Positions 45,571-52,042 of a DNA stretch of 64,000 nucleotides are shown in pieces. The position numbers and the translations under genes were made by a program. The notes beneath the pieces are model-generated. The model was given only the letters and a program-made list of their open reading frames with translations, did no database searches and was not told the DNA's origin. This stretch comes from an uncultured Acidobacteriaceae bacterium. GTDB lineage: Bacteria; Acidobacteriota; Terriglobia; Terriglobales; Acidobacteriaceae. Every line of letters begins with the position of its first letter. The first letter of the stretch is position 1. The stretch covers positions 1,756,676 to 1,820,675 of the forward strand of contig OY970205.1 in assembly GCA_963708335.1 (NCBI GenBank), in the 5' to 3' direction.

Positions 45571-47526
45571 CTACTTCTGCAATCCCGCGCCGATGGATGC
45601 CACCGAAATCAATCCGGTCGGCTCCGCCGGGATCAGGTTGTATGACTCCATAGTGATGGTGCCCACGGGACAGCGCATGGCGCACAGTCCGCAGCGAATG
45701 CACCGGGTCTCGTCCTTCAGCATGGCCGCGCCCGTAACCACTCCCAGTTCGTCGGCTTTAATTTCATCGAACTCCACGCCGAATAATTCCTGATTGTCGC
45801 GGATGTGCTGCACAGTCTCTGGCTCGAACGAAATCCGATCGAGCGAAACCAGTTCCAGACATTTTTCCGGGCAGACATCTACGCATCCACCGCACAGAAT
45901 GCACATGCTGCCGTCTTCCGGAACGCCTTCAAAAATTGTGTTGACCCAGCAGCGCAGGCAGCGCTGTGCCTCAGCCACGGCGCTGGCCGCGTCATACCCG
46001 ATTTCAACTTCGGTAACGCCTGTGCGCCGCTCGAGCGGAAGCATGGGAACCGGTTGACGGTTGAGGTCGAGGTAGCCGAGTGGCATGGAATGCCGTTTGA
46101 GTAGTTCGACTTCGATTACCGGTTCCGGATGCTTCCCTCCGCGGAGGTATTCATCGATGCCCACCGCCGCACGCTTGCCGTCGCCGACGCTGTCAATAAT
46201 CAGGCGCGGTCCAAACACACAATCGCCTCCGGCGAAAATTCCCGGCGCGGACGTCATCAAAGTCTGGGGATTCACGGCGATAAGACCGCGCGGAGAGAGT
46301 TCCACCTTGTCTTCCGGCGTGAAGAAATCCAACCGCGGCGCCTGCCCGATCGCCATGATGATCGTGTCGCACTCGATCTGCGTCTCGCTGTTTTCGTAAA
46401 ACGCCGGATTGAAGCGCTTGTTCTGGTCAAAGACCCACTTGGTCTTGAGAGTTTCGAGAGCTGTGACCTTGCCGTCTTTGCCCAAAATCCTCTTCGGCCC
46501 TTGCCCCGGAAGCATCTTGATGCCCTCTTCTTCGGCCTCGACGATCTCTTCGAGGGCGGCGGGCATTTCATCGCGCCGCTCCAGGCAGACCAGGTTCACC
46601 TCGCGCGCTCCCATGCGCAAAGCCGAGAGCGAGATGTCAACCATTTCCCTCGTAGCCACGGCGGAGACATTGTCCGCGGAGGGCTCCAATTCCTCCACGC
46701 CGCCGGCATGTTGCCTGACCACTTCGCGTGCCGCCGAGCGCGCCACATCCATGGCAACGTTGCCACCGCCGATCACGATGACTTTTTTCCCGATGGTGAA
46801 TTTGTAGCCCAGGTTCACGTTCAGCAGAAAATCGATGCCCTTGTGAACGCCGTCCAGATCGACTCCGGGAATGCTGAGATCGCGGCTGCGATGAGCGCCC
46901 ACCGCAACCAGTACCGCATCGAATCCCTCGTGTCGCAGATCCGAGATGCTGAAGTCCCGTCCGGCGGCATGATTCAACTTGAGGGTGATGTCCCCGGTTT
47001 CGAGAATCTCGCGGACTTGCGCCTCCACTACGTCGCGCGGCAGGCGATATTCCGGAATCCCCAGATAAAGCATTCCTCCGGCAACCGGAGCTGCTTCGAA
47101 GATCGTCACCGCGTAACCCATCAAGGCGAGATCATGAGCCGCCGAAAGTCCAACCGGGCCACCGCCCACTACCGCAACTTTGTAAGGAAGTTTCTTCTGC
47201 GTGCGTCCTTCATTGACGTTGATGGGACGCTTCGACTCGGGGCCGTACTGCTCGGTAAGAAAGCGTTTCAGCGCTCGGATCGAGATGGGACGGTCGATTT
47301 CGCCGCGGCGGCAGGCGGTCTCACAGGGATGCGCACACACGCGTCCGCAGATACTAGCCAGCGGATTCGGATCACGTGCCAGGCGATAGGCTTCTTCGAA
47401 GCGTCCCTCCGCAATCAGGCCCACGTACCGCCCGGCGTTGGTGTGAGCCGGGCAGGCCATCATGCAGGGAAAGTTTGTGTGCAGCCAGTCCCCGTCAACC
47501 TTCTTGTCTTTGAATCGCTTCAGCAT
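45571..47526 (-). CDS. GltD-like (glutamate synthase small-subunit-type) NAD(P)H/FAD oxidoreductase with N-terminal Fe-S Cys clusters and C-terminal 2x[4Fe-4S] ferredoxin domain
   Basis: FPCMMACPAH ... CGRVCAHPCETAC. VAVVGGGPVGLSAAHDL. VIVIGGGNVAMDVA. CILCGGCVDVCP and CIRCGLCAMRCP. ATG 47526 is preferred over the 47637 start. Confidence 0.8.
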   Translation of the reverse strand: MLKRFKDKKVDGDWLHTNFPCMMACPAHTNAGRYVGLIAEGRFEEAYRLARDPNPLASICGRVCAHPCETACRRGEIDRPISIRALKRFLTEQYGPESKRPINVNEGRTQKKLPYKVAVVGGGPVGLSAAHDLALMGYAVTIFEAAPVAGGMLYLGIPEYRLPRDVVEAQVREILETGDITLKLNHAAGRDFSISDLRHEGFDAVLVAVGAHRSRDLSIPGVDLDGVHKGIDFLLNVNLGYKFTIGKKVIVIGGGNVAMDVARSAAREVVRQHAGGVEELEPSADNVSAVATREMVDISLSALRMGAREVNLVCLERRDEMPAALEEIVEAEEEGIKMLPGQGPKRILGKDGKVTALETLKTKWVFDQNKRFNPAFYENSETQIECDTIIMAIGQAPRLDFFTPEDKVELSPRGLIAVNPQTLMTSAPGIFAGGDCVFGPRLIIDSVGDGKRAAVGIDEYLRGGKHPEPVIEVELLKRHSMPLGYLDLNRQPVPMLPLERRTGVTEVEIGYDAASAVAEAQRCLRCWVNTIFEGVPEDGSMCILCGGCVDVCPEKCLELVSLDRISFEPETVQHIRDNQELFGVEFDEIKADELGVVTGAAMLKDETRCIRCGLCAMRCPVGTITMESYNLIPAEPTGLISVASIGAGLQK

Positions 47527-47653
47527 GCACGGCGTTTCCAATCTCGAAACAGCGGCTGAACGTCCACCTCGGTTTGCAGTACAAGAGCGATACGGATTCG
47601 AGGAGCAGTGCCCCAAGCGCAACTGCTCCCCTGTCACCCCGGACGAGATGCAG

Positions 47654-48235
47654 TTACTTCGTCAGGGTGAAATCCGCTTTCCCGCCGCCGGCTACGGTGA
47701 CGGGCTTCGACTGGTTCTTCGCCCCTTCGTGCCAGACGGTCAGCGTGTAACTTCCGTCGGGAACGTCTTTGATCTTGTAGTTGCCGCTGTCGTCGGTCTC
47801 GGCAAAATAAGGAGTTGGACTGACAATCAGATATCCCGCCATGTCTGGGTGCACATTGCACAGCAGCGGCACAACTCCCGGTTTGTCGAAGGTAAAAGGA
47901 CGCTTTTCACCCTTGGGCCACGTGCCCAGGTTGTGTCCGGCTTTCTTGTCGTTGCCGATCGCCGTCCAAAAAACATTGTGTTGCACCGTGTCGCTATTGA
48001 GGAACTCAACCGTCGTACCCTGTTGCACGACCATGATGTGCGGCACAAACATCAGCCCCTTTTGATCGATCACCGGATGATCTTTGGGTGCGGGAAAAGT
48101 TTTGCCCGCGATCGTGTCCACGTAAACCACGGAGCGGCCCTTCATTCCCGCAACCTTGCCCTCGATGTCGCCGGCGAAAGCCGCGCTGCACAACCCAACG
48201 ATCAAAGCCATCATTACCAATATCTTGCCTTTCAT
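47654..48235 (-). CDS. secreted cupredoxin-like (type-1 copper) protein with C-terminal CarboxypepD_reg-like domain
   Basis: Signal peptide. FVPHIMVVQQGTTVEFLNSDTVQHNV ... LLCNVHPDMAGYLIV. This gives a His ... Cys-x2-His-x2-Met ligand pattern as in amicyanin. The C-terminal GNYKIKDVPDGSYTLTVW is CarboxypepD_reg-like. Confidence 0.65.
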   Translation of the reverse strand: MKGKILVMMALIVGLCSAAFAGDIEGKVAGMKGRSVVYVDTIAGKTFPAPKDHPVIDQKGLMFVPHIMVVQQGTTVEFLNSDTVQHNVFWTAIGNDKKAGHNLGTWPKGEKRPFTFDKPGVVPLLCNVHPDMAGYLIVSPTPYFAETDDSGNYKIKDVPDGSYTLTVWHEGAKNQSKPVTVAGGGKADFTLTK

Positions 48236-48309
48236 TGCGTTATCTCCTTATGAGTTGTCACCAACCGTTGCTGCGTGTGTGTCAGGACATGTTTGTCAGA
48301 ACATGTGTG

Positions 48310-49695
48310 TCAAAAAATGATCTTTGCATCCAGGTAGAAGGTGTTGTTCGAGCTCGCATTGCGGCCAGAACCGTCGTAGTTGTTTTGGGCTCCATTGAAG
48401 CGTGTGTATCCGGTGTATTGCGCAGCGAGCAGCAGATTCTGCCACGGCCAATAGGTAAAGTTCGCAATATAGCCGCTGCCCCTCGGGTCGCCATTGAAGT
48501 TGCCGGTCACTGCGACATTGGGCGAATACAGAGTCGTGTCGGAAGTGCCGGTCGTGCTGAACCACCCGAATGTTCCGGTGTAGCGGTTGCCATAGTGGTA
48601 TTCGGCGTTGGCCATCACAGTGTTCAAATGATGCGCTCCCAACCCCGCCAATTGCGGATTGCCATTGAAGCTCGCTAACAAGTCGGAATTTTCGCGGATG
48701 TACGTGGCTCGAAAAGACAGCACATCCTTTCTGAACAGTGTCCGATCGATCTGAGTGTCAACTCCCCAATCCGTGTACGAATCCTGCCAGGGGAAACTAG
48801 ACCCGTCGGCTTGCGTAATTGCGTTGGGAGTGGATCGCAGGTGCATTCCATAGGTGCCAACTTCATACTGTGTCTTGGCCGTTAGCTGCTGCCATGCCGC
48901 GCGCCAGTACGGCGCAACGCCGCGAATGTTGGTTCCCCCCCCGGGATTCGGTTGAGGGCTCCCCACGTGCTGGGAACGATAAATCGCGGCATCAAAATAA
49001 AGATGGTTGTTCCACATGGCGTACGCGCCTACACCTCCCACATCCTGCGCCAATCCGCCATTGATGATGGGAGAGGCGTTCGGCGTGGGCGCGAAATCGC
49101 TGGCGACCCAGGGATAGCCCCAGGCCGGGGTGCTGTTCCAAAGGTCCTCGACGGTGGGATTGTTGTTGAAATCCAGACCGTAGACCAATTCCTTGCCGCC
49201 CAGCTTCGTCGTGTTCGCGTAGCGGACATCGGTGTTGTCCATGCTGAAGTGGTCATCCTGCGTGTCGTATGTGACCTGAACGAAACTTCCCACATGGCTG
49301 GTCCAGGCACCTGAAAGGAACAGCGAGATATCCTGGGGAAACTCGACATTGCCGTTCTGGGTCGTCGGCTCCGGCGACTTGATAGAGGTGAAGGAAGCGT
49401 CCAGCATCACTGAAAGCGGCAATGAACCCAAAAGCTCCAGCGCAGCCGTCTTTTTGCTTCCATCAGCCTTGATGACTTTTGTGTCATCCGCCTTGTCCAC
49501 GTAGCCCATCAGCTTGAACCTTCGTCCGGCAGGATTGAGTTCCGGAGGAGTGTAGTGACAGCCGCTGCAGGCTAATCCCGTCTGCCGGGCATAGCTGGGA
49601 ACCGCCTCCACCTTAGGTGGATTCAGGGCGACAACAAACAGCAATGCCAGGATCGAAGCGGACATGACCAGAACAATCGCGACTTTTTTCATCAT
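48310..49695 (-). CDS. fused monohaem cytochrome c / outer-membrane beta-barrel protein (Cyc2-like architecture)
   Basis: Signal peptide. Single CSGCH near the N-terminus (YARQTGLACSGCHYTPPELNPAGRRF). About 400 aa of barrel-like sequence ending ...FYLDAKIIF. Confidence 0.6.
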   Translation of the reverse strand: MMKKVAIVLVMSASILALLFVVALNPPKVEAVPSYARQTGLACSGCHYTPPELNPAGRRFKLMGYVDKADDTKVIKADGSKKTAALELLGSLPLSVMLDASFTSIKSPEPTTQNGNVEFPQDISLFLSGAWTSHVGSFVQVTYDTQDDHFSMDNTDVRYANTTKLGGKELVYGLDFNNNPTVEDLWNSTPAWGYPWVASDFAPTPNASPIINGGLAQDVGGVGAYAMWNNHLYFDAAIYRSQHVGSPQPNPGGGTNIRGVAPYWRAAWQQLTAKTQYEVGTYGMHLRSTPNAITQADGSSFPWQDSYTDWGVDTQIDRTLFRKDVLSFRATYIRENSDLLASFNGNPQLAGLGAHHLNTVMANAEYHYGNRYTGTFGWFSTTGTSDTTLYSPNVAVTGNFNGDPRGSGYIANFTYWPWQNLLLAAQYTGYTRFNGAQNNYDGSGRNASSNNTFYLDAKIIF

Positions 49696-49908
49696 GAATC
49701 TCCTGTTTATTTGCTGACTCTCTGTTCTTCGGGAGAAATGTCAGGAGTCTGCACCGCGTGCCGTTCACGATTCATCGAGCAAACATAGCCATGCGAAAGC
49801 GCATTCGAATCGCCTCCCACGTATAGATTTCGAGAGTTTGGAAAACCCTAGTCTTGATCCAAGCTGAGCGTGATAATACCGGCAGTTGTAGACGTCTCGC
49901 GAGGTGTT

Positions 49909-49939
49909 GAATCACATCCGAATGTGATTTGCATCACAC
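49909..49939. promoter_or_regulatory. composite CRP/FNR-family-like operator, copy 1
   Basis: GAATCACATCCGAATGTGATTTGCATCACAC contains TCACA-N6-TGTGA overlapping a perfect TGTGA-N6-TCACA. Lies 214-244 nt upstream of the 49695 start. Confidence 0.4.
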
Positions 49940-50061
49940 TTCGGGTCGTGACGGCGGAGTGGCTCGGATCACCGCATTCGTCATAAAGATCTAGTTTTGG
50001 GGCCTCTTGAGTTCATCTGGACTGGATGCTGCCCAACTGCCACAGAAATCGAAGTGGCGGA

Positions 50062-50092
50062 GAATCACACCGGAATGTGATTAAGCTCACGC
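50062..50092. promoter_or_regulatory. composite CRP/FNR-family-like operator, copy 2
   Basis: GAATCACACCGGAATGTGATTAAGCTCACGC, identical to copy 1 at 24/31 positions, with TGTGA-N6-TCACG. Lies 153 bp from copy 1. Confidence 0.4.
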
Positions 50093-50522
50093 TGCTGGGT
50101 CAGTCATGAGGTTCGGGGGCATTGCTGCAGTTTCCACCTAATTGATTCCTGATAAACGGAACGCCATTTTACCGGGCTGCAAATACTGAAGTCATAGCAC
50201 CCGATGCTTTCCATGCGAGGGAAGCCCGCTTGCCTCGCCCGACTATCTTCCCATCCCCGTCCAACGCTTCCGCTTCGACCGGCCAAGCGTAATACATTGG
50301 AGCCACGCCGCGGTTCTCCATGCGCACGGTGAGTGTGGCCGAGCCATCTGTGTTTCGAACTATTCCATCGCTCGCAGAAGAGTATATAGCCCAACATTCG
50401 CTCGGCATTCAGGGCATTCATTCGCTGTTTGGCGGCGAGCGGTGCAGCAAAGAGATTTGAGTCGAGCAGCCAAGTCGCGTGCGTCGTAATAATCGCGGCA
50501 GTCGCGTCTTGCCCTGGCGGTA

Positions 50523-51332
50523 TCAGGCTGCGTGTTTCGGAATCGTCACGCTCTGTTGCAGAGTGAAGTCCAGCAAGGTCTCGCTTGGGATCTTAACCTG
50601 GTCACCCTTGGTGATAATTTCCGAGCCGGCCCCCACTCCTGCTCCTGTCCCCGCGCCGATGGCCGCTCCTTTCCCGCCACCTGCAAGTGCACCAATGATG
50701 CCTCCAATGGCGGCTCCCCCAACGGTTCTTTTCGCAGTGCTCTCCCCCTTGGACTTGCCTGCGGTTTCGTATTCTCCAGTGACTAAGGGCAGAGTTTGAC
50801 CATTGACGACGATTCCCGTCAGCTGGAGTTTCAATTGCGACCTGCCCGCGAAAGTTCCGGTCTCTTTGGACTCATCCAGCCGGCCATAAACGTCTGCGCC
50901 CTTCGGAACCACCATATTGCCGTCTACCCACAGAGGTTGTTCGAGCGAAGCCTGAAAGCGATCTCCCACTCGATTTTTCGTGGAGTCAATCGCATCGATG
51001 GTGCGAACCGAAATCCGCGTACCGGCAGGAATCGTCACAGAAGGCACAGATTTCGCGACTTCCTCTTCTCCTATCGCGGAAGGCGCAGGCTGCTTCGAGG
51101 GAACAGAGGGCGAGGTACCCTGCGCATCGGAATCGAATCGGAGCGAGTGGATATCGGCGACGCCATAGCTTTGCGCCGACGATCCTACCTGAAAGTTGAT
51201 GCTCGTCTGCGTCCCACCCATGAACTTACCCTTGATCAGGCTTCCATTTTTCAATTCCAAAGAATCGGCCCTGGCAGAAACCGCTGTCACGCACACAGCG
51301 ACAACCACTCCACAGATCTGTTTAGCATCCAT
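50523..51332 (-). CDS. secreted hypothetical protein with C-terminal glycine-zipper segment
   Basis: Signal peptide. GGAAIGGIIGALAGGGKGAAIGAGTGAGVGAG near the C-terminus. Confidence 0.55.
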   Translation of the reverse strand: MDAKQICGVVVAVCVTAVSARADSLELKNGSLIKGKFMGGTQTSINFQVGSSAQSYGVADIHSLRFDSDAQGTSPSVPSKQPAPSAIGEEEVAKSVPSVTIPAGTRISVRTIDAIDSTKNRVGDRFQASLEQPLWVDGNMVVPKGADVYGRLDESKETGTFAGRSQLKLQLTGIVVNGQTLPLVTGEYETAGKSKGESTAKRTVGGAAIGGIIGALAGGGKGAAIGAGTGAGVGAGSEIITKGDQVKIPSETLLDFTLQQSVTIPKHAA

Positions 51333-51401
51333 TATGAGTTCTCCTGCATATTCATTGTGCTACGTTGCCCGTTTGCCGCCGTGAGGCGGATATCAGAGCG
51401 T

Positions 51402-51980
51402 CTATTTGCCGCGTCCCGGAGGGAAATCCTTCAGCAGTTTTTGCGCTCCCTTATTGAGCCTTTGCTGGTTTTTCTCCTGTTTTTTGCTAGGTTCTATCGC
51501 ATGTTGGGCAGCACCTATCCAGACGAGCTTCTTTACAGCGGGGTCATACATACCAACGACGAAAGTCCCGATGTAATTGCTTGAAGTACTGGCCGAAAAT
51601 GAATCGAGACCGCCCCCCCACGGACCCCAACCACCCCAGCCGCCCAAGCCGTTCGCGAAGCCATTTATCTGCTTCTCCTGATCGATCGCCAGCTGATACC
51701 CAAGGAGTAAATCGGCTTTACTGCCGTCCTCTGCCTTGGTGAAGCCCTTGGCCGCCATCTGCGAATCGATGGCCTGCTTGACCTGTGCGTCCAGGATCTG
51801 GTCGGGCTGGCCACCTACCGCCGGTATGCCCTGTACGTCGCTGACCCATGCATAGGTGTGGAATTTTGAAAAATCAGTTCCCGGCATGTAGTTGGTTCTC
51901 AACTCCTGCGCGTATGTCACGGCACACGCGATGAGCGCGAGGATCAATGCAGGAACAAATTTTGCACGGCGCGGAAACAT
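51402..51980 (-). CDS. DUF4136-like lipoprotein/secreted protein
   Basis: ATG 51980. Signal peptide FVPALILALIACAVTYAQ. FSKFHTYAW ... GGWGGWGPWGGG ... GTFVVGMYD. Paralogous layout to 7761-8279. Confidence 0.65.
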   Translation of the reverse strand: MFPRRAKFVPALILALIACAVTYAQELRTNYMPGTDFSKFHTYAWVSDVQGIPAVGGQPDQILDAQVKQAIDSQMAAKGFTKAEDGSKADLLLGYQLAIDQEKQINGFANGLGGWGGWGPWGGGLDSFSASTSSNYIGTFVVGMYDPAVKKLVWIGAAQHAIEPSKKQEKNQQRLNKGAQKLLKDFPPGRGK

Positions 51981-52042
51981 AATTGCCTTTGTAAATTTCA
52001 ATGCACTCTCCTTATTCTCGTGTTCTTTGTGCTGCGTCCTCT

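Noticed and set aside
46129-47559. 476-aa ORF on the plus strand
   Set aside because: Antisense to the GltD-like gene, whose Fe-S and dinucleotide-binding motifs are unambiguous on the minus strand.
47462-48253. 263-aa plus-strand ORF. Similar cases: 50796-51584 (+), 20903-21571 (-), 23330-23848 (-), 18887-19501 (-), 44286-45008 (-).
   Set aside because: All of these overlap better-supported genes, either antisense or in an alternative frame, and lack motifs.
50104-50421. Two overlapping short minus-strand ORFs. One (VRMENRGVAPMYYAWPVEAEALDGDG) resembles the C-terminal part of DUF4832-type glycoside-hydrolase-associated domains.
   Set aside because: It is a fragment only, the frames are broken and there is no start context. 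It is a possible pseudogene remnant but not supportable as a feature.
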